The notes beneath the pieces are model-generated. The model was given only the letters and a program-made list of their open reading frames with translations. It was not told the DNA's origin and made no database searches. Position numbers and translations under genes: made by a program. A stretch of DNA of 61,361 bases from Terriglobales bacterium (lineage in GTDB: Bacteria; Acidobacteriota; Terriglobia; Terriglobales; Acidobacteriaceae). The first letter of the stretch is position 1; every line of letters begins with the position of its first letter. The DNA lies in contig DASQPN010000119.1 of the NCBI GenBank assembly GCA_035643915.1, positions 1-61,361 of the forward strand, written 5' to 3'. Below, one piece after another: positions 10,236 through 19,094 of the stretch.

Positions 10236-11101
10236 GGCAGCTGACCAACCCGATTCTCCTGAAGATGGTGCTCGTGCTGTTTGCCTCCGGCTTCGCCTTC
10301 CTTATGGCCGTGCTCATCATGCGGCGCATTCGCAAAAGCCTCGGTGAAGATGCTTCGTTGCCGGAAACCGCAGCCTCGGCCAATCAGCTTCCCCTGCACA
10401 CCTATCATGCGGTCATTCAGCAGCTCAAACAGCAGAAACATGAGTTGCTGGCGATGCAGCAGGAGGAGCACCGGCGGGCCAAGACTTCGGAGAGCATCAG
10501 TGCCTCGGTCCTGTCAAATCTCTCAAGCGGCGTGTTGTTTTTCGGCTCCAACGGACTGGTCCGTCAGGCGAACCAGGCCGCCAAGAATATTCTGGGCATC
10601 GCTTGCCCGACCGGCATGGACGCGGAAGCCATCTTCCGCGACACGTTAGTCGAAAGCTCGCCCGGGGGACCTGCACCACAGACTCTGGTGACCGGGGTGA
10701 AAGTGGCTTTGACACAGGGAACGACGCTCAAGCCATCGCAAGCCGAATACCTGACTCCGGGCGGCGAAAGGCGCGTGATCGAAGTGACTGCCTCACGCGT
10801 GCCGGCCGCGGACGGCAGTGCGCTTGGTGTGGCCTGCCTGATCAACGATCAAACCATGATCGCTGCGATTCGCCGCCAGGTCGACCTCGACGGCGAGATC
10901 TCGGCGGAGATGGCCCTGGCCCTGCGCAATTCTCTAGTCACCATTTCCGGTTATGCCCAGCAGTTGGCGCAGAACCGCGATCCAGACTTGGCAAGGCAAC
11001 TGGCATCCGACATCGCAGCCGAGGCCAAGCATCTGGATCACACCATTGGTGGGTTCCTCGCCGAAAACAAGAAGGCGAAGACTTCCTCGGCCAGTTACTA
11101 A
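10232..11101 (+). CDS. TM, coiled-coil, PAS-like and DHp-like protein lacking both the phospho-acceptor His and any ATPase domain (pseudo-kinase)
   Basis: GTGA overlap with the pilD stop. TM LKMVLVLFASGFAFLMAVLIM. PAS-like VLSNLSSGVLFFGSNGLVRQANQAAKNILG. DHp-like AEMALALRNSLVTISGYAQQLA, where a kinase would read SHELRTPLTxIxGY. The protein ends about 40 aa later. Confidence 0.55.
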   Translation: MRQLTNPILLKMVLVLFASGFAFLMAVLIMRRIRKSLGEDASLPETAASANQLPLHTYHAVIQQLKQQKHELLAMQQEEHRRAKTSESISASVLSNLSSGVLFFGSNGLVRQANQAAKNILGIACPTGMDAEAIFRDTLVESSPGGPAPQTLVTGVKVALTQGTTLKPSQAEYLTPGGERRVIEVTASRVPAADGSALGVACLINDQTMIAAIRRQVDLDGEISAEMALALRNSLVTISGYAQQLAQNRDPDLARQLASDIAAEAKHLDHTIGGFLAENKKAKTSSASY

Positions 11102-11149
11102 GAAGAGTCACGGAGGCCGCGGCTCTCACCCCGGCTACCGCAATATAGG

Positions 11150-11803
11150 ATGGTGAACATGAAGCGCATGGCATTTGTCTCGACCATTGTTGTATTCGTT
11201 GCCTGCCTGGCAATCTCGCTCGCGGGGGCCCAGGACACGGCGTTGGGTGATTACGCCCGCCAGACCCGCAAGCAAAAAGGGCAGAAGGCCCCGGCCGCCA
11301 AAAGGTTCGACAACGACAACCTACCCACGGACAACAGAGTTTCGGTCGTCGGACAGGAACCCTCCCAGGCGGCCGACGCCAATGGAGTTGCGACCGTCAA
11401 CAACGACGGGGTTCCTGCGTCTTCTGGCGCAGCGGCTACGCCCGCACCCGGCGCCGATCAGACGCAGGCTGGCCAGGATAAGGCAGCGGCCGAGGATGAA
11501 GCAGCCCGGAAGAAGCAGACGTTCGAGGGCTGGAAGAAGAAGATCCAGGATCAGCAGGGGCAGATCGATCTGCTCGCGCGTGAACTGGACATCCTGAACC
11601 GCGAGTACCGCCTTCGAGCGGCCTCGTTCTACGCGGACGCGGGTAATCGCCTGCGCAATTCGGGGGCCTGGGACAAAGAAGACTCCCAGTTCAAGGACCA
11701 GATCGCAGGCAAACAGAAACAGCTCGAAGACAGTAAGAAACAGCTGGACGATATGCAGGAACAGGCCCGAAAAGCGGGTGTGCCCTCTTCGATGCGGGAA
11801 TAG
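11150..11803 (+). CDS. Secreted low-complexity/coiled-coil protein, function unknown
   Basis: Signal peptide MKRMAFVSTIVVFVACLAISLAGAQ; charged coiled-coil C-terminal half; followed by a strong terminator. Confidence 0.6.
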   Translation: MVNMKRMAFVSTIVVFVACLAISLAGAQDTALGDYARQTRKQKGQKAPAAKRFDNDNLPTDNRVSVVGQEPSQAADANGVATVNNDGVPASSGAAATPAPGADQTQAGQDKAAAEDEAARKKQTFEGWKKKIQDQQGQIDLLARELDILNREYRLRAASFYADAGNRLRNSGAWDKEDSQFKDQIAGKQKQLEDSKKQLDDMQEQARKAGVPSSMRE

Positions 11804-11827
11804 CACATCGGCTTGAGGAGGTCTTCC

Positions 11828-11862
11828 AAGCTTTCCGGCCCTGCGGCCGGGAAGCTTTTTTT
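11828..11862 (+). terminator. Rho-independent terminator
   Basis: 13-bp stem AAGCTTTCCGGCC / GGCCGGGAAGCTT (one G-U), CTGC loop, T7 run. Confidence 0.75.
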
Positions 11863-12169
11863 GCCAATCGCTGGCAATCTCCCTGCGCGCTTCTCCAGCC
11901 GACCCGGGTTATTGTACGGTCTCCAAGAGCGCCGATCGCGCCTACTTAATCGTTTAAATAGTTTTTTTCGATTGGACTTTCAGGGGCGTTTGCCCCACAG
12001 TACCAGTATCCCTCCTGCGATGTAGCGGAGGGATCGTGTGAACTCTGTGCTTGGGTTTCAACCCGCCGTTCATTCACCTTCCTGACCTCGTCGTCTCACC
12101 GACAATCTGCGCGATGCTGCGAGTTTTGCGCTCGTTGGCCTCGTCTCACGACTTTTTAGGAGGTTAGGT

Positions 12170-12610
12170 ATGCGATTTACGATCGGCTCTTCGGTTCCCA
12201 AAATGCTGTTCGCTGCGGTCACGGGGCTGGGTCTGCTTTCTGCTCCGGCTCTGGCGCAAGACGCCGCCGGAAAATTCACCCTCACCAAGGAAGTCCGTTG
12301 GGGGAGTGCTGTTCTCCCGGCGGGCGACTATCAATACTCACTCGAGCACCGCGCTGGAGCATTGCTGTTGCTGCGCAACACAAATGGCCAGATGGGCGCG
12401 ATCGTGCTGGTCAAATCGACCACCGCCGTTAACGACCAGGGACCAGCCCGGCTGGTGCTCGAGCGTAGCGGCGACGGCTGGTTCGTAAGCTCCATGGTGA
12501 TCACCGACATCGGGGAAGAGCTTTCCTTCGGTGCGCCCAGTCTGCGCACGGAAGCCGCAAAGAAGGGGATCAGCAGCCCCGCCAAGGTCGCTTCCCTGTC
12601 CAACCCGTAG
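12170..12610 (+). CDS. Secreted hypothetical protein
   Basis: SD AGGAGG upstream. Signal peptide MLFAAVTGLGLLSAPALAQ. No recognised domain. Confidence 0.55.
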   Translation: MRFTIGSSVPKMLFAAVTGLGLLSAPALAQDAAGKFTLTKEVRWGSAVLPAGDYQYSLEHRAGALLLLRNTNGQMGAIVLVKSTTAVNDQGPARLVLERSGDGWFVSSMVITDIGEELSFGAPSLRTEAAKKGISSPAKVASLSNP

Positions 12611-12700
12611 CCGTAGATGTTGACCGCGGGAGCGGCCGAACCTGGCTACTTCCGCGGTCACCAAAACCGCTGAAAAAGAGAGTTCACTGGGAGGAATCTC

Positions 12701-13387
12701 ATGCTGAAGAACGAGAGCAACACGCCGCAGGAAAGAATTACCGTGACCCTTCGGACAGTCGCCGAAAAGGTGGGACTGGCGCCCTGCTCGGTCTCCGCGG
12801 TATTGAACAATTCGCCGGCTGCCGTTGCCATCCCGCAGCGCACCAAGAATCGCATCTTGCGCGCGGCTAGACAGCTAAACTACCGCCCCAATTTTTCCGC
12901 CCGCTCGTTGCGGACCAAACGGACCTACACGGTAGCGCTGATCGCCTCCGACTTCGGCAATCCCCAGGTAGCGCGGATTGTGGCCGGGGTAGAGATATTC
13001 CTGCGCGAGAAGGGCTATTGCCTGCTGATCGCGGCCTGCGACCGAAGTCTGGATTGGTTCGACGGCCACTCCACGCAGTTGCTGCAAAGGGGAGTCGAAG
13101 GCGTGATTACCGTCGATGCAACCCCGCCCAGGTCATTCGCATTGCCCTTGGTATTGGTCGATTTGCCGAACTCGAAATTTCCCGACCCCATCACCAACCT
13201 CAAGCGCCAGCGCTTGACGGCGATGGGCGAGGCAGCTGCCCAAGCGATGCTGGGACATATCGAGCAGAAAACCGGGCATCTGACCAGGATTGCACTCGCT
13301 CCGGAACCGTTAGTGGGATTTCTGCCCCCGGAAACGGTGGTCACAGTGCACAGACTCGACGCGCCGGTGGGACACTTCGCGGACTAG
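12701..13387 (+). CDS. LacI-family transcriptional regulator, unusually short (228 aa)
   Basis: HTH VTLRTVAEKVGLAPCSVSAVLNN...RILRAARQLNYRPNFSARSLRT, then an N-subdomain TVALIASDFGNPQVARIVAGVE. It appears to jump to a C-terminal-like LTAMGEAAAQAMLGHIEQK. Confidence 0.65.
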   Translation: MLKNESNTPQERITVTLRTVAEKVGLAPCSVSAVLNNSPAAVAIPQRTKNRILRAARQLNYRPNFSARSLRTKRTYTVALIASDFGNPQVARIVAGVEIFLREKGYCLLIAACDRSLDWFDGHSTQLLQRGVEGVITVDATPPRSFALPLVLVDLPNSKFPDPITNLKRQRLTAMGEAAAQAMLGHIEQKTGHLTRIALAPEPLVGFLPPETVVTVHRLDAPVGHFAD

Positions 13388-13555
13388 GCTGGCAGGATGC
13401 GGAGAAACTCGGCAGGCCTGGCACGGGGATTTCCGTCGGAGAGAATCAGGGCAGCGTGCTGCTCGTCTTACCGATGTAGCACGGCACGTCGTCTCGATAC
13501 AGCGCACGCACTGCGGGTTGATTCAGGTTCTACTCCAGAACGGCTTTGCCATCTT

Positions 13556-13867
13556 TCATGTGAAACAGCGCCCGTGGCCACATTCGAAGGAAGTGGAGCG
13601 TTTTCCTGTCCGATAAAGCGTGTTCAGAACGATCGGCACTGTCGGTAGAAGCTTGCCAACGGCTTGCGCTGCGCTCAGACCGTCCCTGCGCGGCACGACC
13701 GAATCCAGTACCATCGCGTCCGGGCGCAGCTCGGTGGCCCTTGCGATCGCTTCTTTCCCATCCAAGGCATCGCCACAAACCTCCCAATCAGGATTGGCTC
13801 CCAGCAACGACCGAAGTCCTCGCAGCACCGATTCGTGATCATCGGCAATTAGGATTCGCTTCGCCAC
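13556..13867 (-). CDS. Response-regulator receiver domain only (no output domain; C-terminus atypical)
   Basis: GTG start at 13867: VAKRILIADDHESVLRGLRSLL...LRPDAMVLDSVVPRRDGL. It ends shortly after alpha-4 with a non-canonical tail. Confidence 0.55.
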   Translation of the reverse strand: MAKRILIADDHESVLRGLRSLLGANPDWEVCGDALDGKEAIARATELRPDAMVLDSVVPRRDGLSAAQAVGKLLPTVPIVLNTLYRTGKRSTSFECGHGRCFT

Positions 13868-14159
13868 ATGCGGCCTGCAAAACGAACCCCGCGTCGTCGC
13901 CTGGAGAGAACCCGCAAAAGGGGAAATCCGGCACGGGGGTGAAGGCTCTTGCGTTAAACGGAAAGGTACCTTCAACCGCCTCAGCCAACCGCCTCAGCCT
14001 AGCAATACAGCAAACGATGTAGCTCCCCATACATCGAGCTCTGTATTGACGAGGCACACTCGCCCTCCCTAATATCCCTGGGGAATCTTTCTGGGGGTAA
14101 CAGCCTTGTTTGACGTGAGGTTGATCCAAAGAATCTGCCAAGCAAGAAGGAGGTGGTCC

Positions 14160-14321
14160 ATGACCATTGTTCGCGAACTTTGGGTAGACGATCAAGGACA
14201 AGACATCGCAGAGTACGCTGTCATGTTTGCGGCCATACTTGTGATAGTCATCGGCACGATAAGGCTAGTCGGTTCAAACGCCAACAACGCGTTTTCAGCA
14301 GTCGCCAGTTCGATCCAGTAG
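14160..14321 (+). CDS. flp: Flp/Fap-family type IVb pilin
   Basis: SD AGGAGG then ATG 14160. MTIVRELWVDDQGQDIAEYAVMFAAILVIVIG carries the G/xxxxEY processing motif followed by a hydrophobic helix. 53 aa. Confidence 0.75.
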   Translation: MTIVRELWVDDQGQDIAEYAVMFAAILVIVIGTIRLVGSNANNAFSAVASSIQ

Positions 14322-15009
14322 AGGGCTTTCTGCTGTCTGCTGACCTGTCCCTTTTGGGATTCGGCGGGGTGGACGGTGAATCTTCTTTCAGCTGTACATC
14401 AGTTGGCGTGGACGCAACACCCCGTCGATCTGGCTGTGCGAGTCCTGCGCAATCCCGTGGCTGGTGGTTCGGGCAGTTCGATCGCCTTGGGTTCGGGCAG
14501 GCGTTCTGAAACTGCTGTGTGGACTGATGCTGAATGCGCTGGTGACCGACGCGAATGCCGGAGCGACGCCAGTTGTCGGCATAGCCCCCCACTCTGCGTC
14601 CAGCGAGCCCCGTGTGGCAGGCCGCGACGCCCAAAACGCGCGCCTGGCCTTTCTGGCGGATCAAGCGCAGCTGGGACTGTTTAGCGCCGGTGGTCTCGTG
14701 ACGCTGTTCGGGGGCATTCTCATCGTTGCGATTTGCCTTGGCCGAATCCTCAAGACGGAGGGCAGCCTGAATTGCAAGCGGCTGGGATGGAACCTCCGAG
14801 GTGACGTCGGCTGAAGGAACAAGCCGACAAACATGGCATCGAACGCCGGGTTGAATGAAGGTCGCAGCCGACTTCGGCGACTGCGTCCATGCAATATAGA
14901 GCACCCTGCGGTGGGTCGGAATCCCCACTAGAAAGCCAGCCTGTCCGCACTAGAAAGTGAGGCATGGCCTGGGAAGAAATCGCCCGGGTGCCGGGTACCG
15001 CCTCGCGTT

Positions 15010-15726
15010 CTAGTTGCTGGGGGAGCCTCGCCGGATCTCTTCGCCCAGAACAATCGCCTCGGCGATTTCCTTGAGAGACTTGCGCTTCTGGCGGCTCTGA
15101 CGCTGTAACGCCAGGTAAGCCTGCTCTTCATCAATTCCGAGATCCCTCTGCAGAATGCCTTTAGCGCGCTCGACCAGTTTGCGAGTCTCGAGTTGCTGCA
15201 GCAGTTGGGAATTCTCGCCTTCGAGTCTCGCCATCTCGATCTCCGCACCCACCAGAAAACCGATGGTAGAGATCAGTCGAATCTGCCGACGTGTATAGGT
15301 GTGCGGCCCACGATGCTGCAGGTTAATCACACCCACAACTCTGCCGCGCGACAAAATCGGGACGGACAGAAAGGCCTCGTAAGAGTCTTCCGGTAGTTCA
15401 TTGAAAAATTTGAAACGTACATCTTGTGAGGCGTTATGGGAAATCGCCACCGGTTCGCGACGCTCCGCCACCCACCCGGTGATGCCCTGTCCCACTCGCA
15501 ATTTGAGCCGGTCAATGACTTCTTCGTGGGGATTCTTCGAAGCCCGAAGAACCAGTTCGTCCTCCTCGCGGACGTAGACGAAGCAGGAGTCGCACTTCAC
15601 CACCGCAGAAGCGAACTCTACAATTTGATTAAGGTCCTGATGTAACGGGTCGGCCGCAGCCATGCGGCTGCTTATATCGTGCAGAAAATCAATATCGACA
15701 TCAGCGTGGAAAGAATTGGCACTCAT
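15010..15726 (-). CDS. GAF-ANTAR RNA-binding antitermination regulator
   Basis: GAF core VYVREEDELVLRASK...GQGITGWVAE...SVPILSRGRVVGVINLQH. ANTAR LETRKLVERAKGILQRDLGIDEEQAYLALQRQSRQKRKSLKEIAEAIV. Confidence 0.85.
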   Translation of the reverse strand: MSANSFHADVDIDFLHDISSRMAAADPLHQDLNQIVEFASAVVKCDSCFVYVREEDELVLRASKNPHEEVIDRLKLRVGQGITGWVAERREPVAISHNASQDVRFKFFNELPEDSYEAFLSVPILSRGRVVGVINLQHRGPHTYTRRQIRLISTIGFLVGAEIEMARLEGENSQLLQQLETRKLVERAKGILQRDLGIDEEQAYLALQRQSRQKRKSLKEIAEAIVLGEEIRRGSPSN

Positions 15727-16039
15727 GGCCTAACGTAGCCGCCCCTGCCAGCGATGTCAAATTGCAGTTTTCAATGTGAACGATCACTAACATTGCGATG
15801 AAAATTTGAATCGTTCCCGCCAAAGTGCAGCTTCGGGGTAGCGAGCCGATCGGTAGGCGTGTCGGCGCGCCCAATTGAGGCAGGTGACTATTACACCCGA
15901 CACAAGACAGGAGATGCCCACCCATCGCGACGCAGGAAGGGGGCTTCAACGATCCCGCTCGTTTTCCGAACCATCGGTCCCCTCCGGGCGGCGAACCCGC
16001 CAGATCTCTCACCGGAGCCAACAGGCCAGCAGACAAATT

Positions 16040-16588
16040 CTAGTCGGAGAACGTCCCTCGCAGATTGCTGATCTGTCTCACATGATGCTGCCCATGTATC
16101 CAGTGAAATTTGCGCCATTCCCGCGCTCGCAGAGGCCCGAGAATCGGGTGATCCAGCAGCTTGATCTGTCTGCCATATTTCTGCTCGGCTTGGGCGATGA
16201 CGGTATCCATTGCCCGAATCTTCTCCGGCATCTGGGCCAGGACATGTTCCGCCGGCAGACCTCGCGGAGTTGCATTTCTTGGTGCCTTGCGGCCTTCGGG
16301 CAAATGACCGAGCCCGACCACGACGAAGGTCCTAAAATGATCCTTCCAGGTCGGAACGCGGGCCAGCGGTTTGCCGGCCTCGAGACACCGCTCAAATCCC
16401 TTGATCGTTCCGGTGTACGTCAGGTAAAGATGCTCCAGGATCTCGGCAACGCTCCACTTCCCCTCCGGATGCTCGTGGAGCGACTCCTCGCTCATGCCCT
16501 CCGTCGCCGACCCGATGGCATTCTGGAGTCGCTGCAGATAGAAATCCATGGCGACACGTTTCCCTTCATTTAGAATGAGCGCAGTCAT
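16040..16588 (-). CDS. DinB-superfamily (DUF1569-like) protein
   Basis: WSVAEILEHLYLTY and HPILGPLRAREWRKFHWIHGQHHVRQI, typical DinB-fold metal-binding His pattern. Confidence 0.7.
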   Translation of the reverse strand: MTALILNEGKRVAMDFYLQRLQNAIGSATEGMSEESLHEHPEGKWSVAEILEHLYLTYTGTIKGFERCLEAGKPLARVPTWKDHFRTFVVVGLGHLPEGRKAPRNATPRGLPAEHVLAQMPEKIRAMDTVIAQAEQKYGRQIKLLDHPILGPLRAREWRKFHWIHGQHHVRQISNLRGTFSD

Positions 16589-16621
16589 CCAGCCATCAAA
16601 ACTTACTACAGGACGGTAGCT

Positions 16622-17233
16622 ATGCAGAAGCTGCTCGTGGCGATGTTCATGCTAGCACTGTTGACCGGGTGCTCGTCGGCGCCCACCAAATCCGCGGAGT
16701 CGGCCAAGCCGCAACCCAAGCCGCCGGAGATCCTCACCGCGCGCAGCGCCTTCCAGAAGCTTTACATCTCGGCCCACGGCTGGGGTCAGGATGCGCGGCC
16801 CTACCGGCTCGAATCCGTGCCCAATGCCGACTCCAACGGCCGGGACGGAAAGTCTGCCATCTGGCGCGCCGGATTCGCTTCCGCTGTGCAGCGCGGCACC
16901 AAGCCTTATACCTGGTCCGGCTCCGAGGGCTCTGAGCGAGGCGTCAACGCGGGCATCGAAGACAACTACAACCCGAACAACGCTTCCAATCAAGTCTTCG
17001 ACATAGCTTTTCTGAAGATCGACTCCGACAAAGCTTTCGGTGTCGCCCAGCAGCACGGCGGCGAGAAGTTACTCGAGAAGTCTCCGGACACTCCCGTCCT
17101 CTATATCCTCGAATGGAATCGGGTCGAGAACCTGCTTCTGTGGCATGTCATCTACGGGAGTCGCGATATTGCGAAGCTGAAGGTAGCCGTGAATGCGAGT
17201 ACCGGCGAGTTCCTGCGGGTCGAAAAGTCGTAG
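16622..17233 (+). CDS. Lipoprotein, function unknown
   Basis: Lipobox LALLTGCSS after a hydrophobic N-terminus. Confidence 0.6.
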   Translation: MQKLLVAMFMLALLTGCSSAPTKSAESAKPQPKPPEILTARSAFQKLYISAHGWGQDARPYRLESVPNADSNGRDGKSAIWRAGFASAVQRGTKPYTWSGSEGSERGVNAGIEDNYNPNNASNQVFDIAFLKIDSDKAFGVAQQHGGEKLLEKSPDTPVLYILEWNRVENLLLWHVIYGSRDIAKLKVAVNASTGEFLRVEKS

Positions 17234-17272
17234 CCGGCTCGAACGACGTGCCGGAAAACTTCGAATTCCGGA

Positions 17273-17896
17273 CTACGGTTGCGTCCGGCTGTCGCCAGGC
17301 GAGGGGCTCTCCGTGGCGCTCTGCGGCTTGAGCCTCTCCAGCGCCTGGTGCGCTTCCACGGCAAAAGGCCCTTGCGGCAAGATCTTCAGGTAAGCTTCGT
17401 AGCCCTTGCGGGCCTCACTCGTGTTGCCAAGTTTCTCCTGGCACACCGCCAAGCGGAACGTAGCGACCGCGTCGTTGTACTTGTAGTAGAGCGCTTCCCG
17501 GTAGCGGTCGAGCGCGGCGCGATAGTTCTTGCGTTTGAAATAAAAATCCCCGACCTCCACATCCTTCTCCGCCTTGTGGGGATTCCACGGCTTGAATTCC
17601 TGTACGCCTCCGATTTCATCGCCTTCGTAAAGGCCAGCCGCATCTTCCGCTTCGTGCAAAGCAGTGGCACTGTCCGGGTAGAGCTTGTCGTCGTCCTTCG
17701 GAGGAGCCAGATCCACCTTCGTGTCTTTGCTGGAACTGCCACTCCCGGCCGGAGGTTGCCCGTGGTCTTGACCCTGGGCCTGGTCGGAACGAGGCGGCGC
17801 CTGGTTGGCTGGCGGGAGCTTCCGTGGCTTGGGGCTTTCCTGCCCTGCGGCCGCGACAGAAAGGGTTAGGACGAATAGGGCAACGATTCGAAACAT
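17273..17896 (-). CDS. Secreted TPR-repeat protein
   Basis: Signal peptide MFRIVALFVLTLSVAAAGQ. TPR-like VGDFYFKRKNYRAALDRYREALYYKYNDAVATFRLAVCQEKLGNTSEARKGYEAYL. Confidence 0.65.
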   Translation of the reverse strand: MFRIVALFVLTLSVAAAGQESPKPRKLPPANQAPPRSDQAQGQDHGQPPAGSGSSSKDTKVDLAPPKDDDKLYPDSATALHEAEDAAGLYEGDEIGGVQEFKPWNPHKAEKDVEVGDFYFKRKNYRAALDRYREALYYKYNDAVATFRLAVCQEKLGNTSEARKGYEAYLKILPQGPFAVEAHQALERLKPQSATESPSPGDSRTQP

Positions 17897-17977
17897 CAAG
17901 ATATATTCTAACCCCGAACGGTGGTCCCGCGCCGCCGAAACTCCGGAGAACACCAGGGGCAGACAGTCCGGCCACCC

Positions 17978-18904
17978 TCATTCCGCGGCCCCAGCCAATA
18001 CGGCGGCCCTGACCTTTGCGCTAATGGATTTGGCCACATCGCTCTCCAGCGCCAGCAAGTCGTCATCTTCACGGTCGAACTCATCTCCCCAAACACGAGC
18101 CTGATCACTCACGCGAACCAGTTCCGCCGACACCCGCACGTGCCGGCCGTTGTTGCGCAGACTTCCTTCCATAAGGTAGTCCGCACGTAGCTCACTCCCG
18201 ACTTGCACCACCGTTTTCGAGGTATGCCGATATTGCTGCACCATGGTGCGCGAGGCTACTTGCAGCCGGGCGGGATCGGTTCGGCCGAGCTGCGTAATCA
18301 GTTCTTGGGCAATGCGCTCACCAAGGAACGCTTGCCGGGAATCGTCGCTCCAGTTCTCGAACGGGAGAATGGCCAGCACAACCCGCTTGGCCCCGTGATT
18401 CTGCGCAGCCCGCAAGCGATGCGCCAGCTGAAAAGCAATTAGAGCGCTGATCGCAATGGTGACCAAGACCTTTCCGGCAAGTTTCCATGCTGAGGAAGGG
18501 TTGCCGGCATTGACACGCGGCACTACCTCGATCCGGCCATCTCTGGTCAAATCTGCGGGCGGTTGCACAGTGCCAATCAATCGATACCCCCGCCGCGAAA
18601 TGGTCTCCACATAACGAGGCGCCATGGCGTCGTCGCCAAGGGCAAAGCGGACCTTCTTCACAGCGGTATTCAGCGCATGATCGAACTCGACGAAAGTGTC
18701 TTCAGGCCAGACTTCACGGCGCAGTTGTTCGCGTCGCACCAACCGTCCCGAGTGAAGCAACAAAACAGCCAGCACATGAAAAGGTTGCCCCTGCAGATGG
18801 ACCTTCATGCCGTTCTTGCGCAATTCTCCCGCGTCAAGATCAGCTTCGAAGACTCCAAAACGCCAGATGCCAGCCGGTCGGCGAGACTCGCTCATAGCCA
18901 CCAC
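17978..18904 (-). CDS. Membrane-anchored winged-helix (CadC/OmpR-type) regulator with periplasmic C-terminal domain
   Basis: FGVFEADLDAGELRKNGMKVHLQGQPFHVLAVLLLHSGRLVRREQL...VETISRRGYRLIG, then TM KVLVTIAISALIAFQLA. Confidence 0.75.
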   Translation of the reverse strand: MVAMSESRRPAGIWRFGVFEADLDAGELRKNGMKVHLQGQPFHVLAVLLLHSGRLVRREQLRREVWPEDTFVEFDHALNTAVKKVRFALGDDAMAPRYVETISRRGYRLIGTVQPPADLTRDGRIEVVPRVNAGNPSSAWKLAGKVLVTIAISALIAFQLAHRLRAAQNHGAKRVVLAILPFENWSDDSRQAFLGERIAQELITQLGRTDPARLQVASRTMVQQYRHTSKTVVQVGSELRADYLMEGSLRNNGRHVRVSAELVRVSDQARVWGDEFDREDDDLLALESDVAKSISAKVRAAVLAGAAE

Positions 18905-19094
18905 TCGTGACTATGGACGCATTCGAGTGTCGTTTGTTTCGATTTATTTTCGCATTCCCGCAGCCACAACGTTCCCCAAGCCGCTGACCGGCAGCACCTT
19001 CGCAAGATACCTGCAATCCAGCGGAAGTGCAGACGCTGGAGACTTGCGATTTCAAATCCCGAACGTCCTTCCCCAGAAAGCGCTGGGGGATGCT

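Noticed and set aside
12008-12034. Hairpin ATCCCTCC...GGAGGGAT within the 366-nt intergenic region 11804..12169, considered as a possible sRNA or riboswitch
   Set aside because: It is an isolated 8-bp stem with no U-tract, no recognised riboswitch core and no flanking promoter signal that I could support.
13419-13434. TGGCAC-GGGGA-TTTCC, a -24/-12-like sequence after the LacI gene
   Set aside because: The -12 GC dinucleotide is missing, and there is no plus-strand gene within 700 nt downstream.
14464-14814. 116-aa ORF downstream of flp, with a possible signal peptide and a C-terminal hydrophobic helix
   Set aside because: There is no SD and no recognisable family, and it overlaps a 226-aa antisense ORF of equal plausibility. 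Left unannotated.
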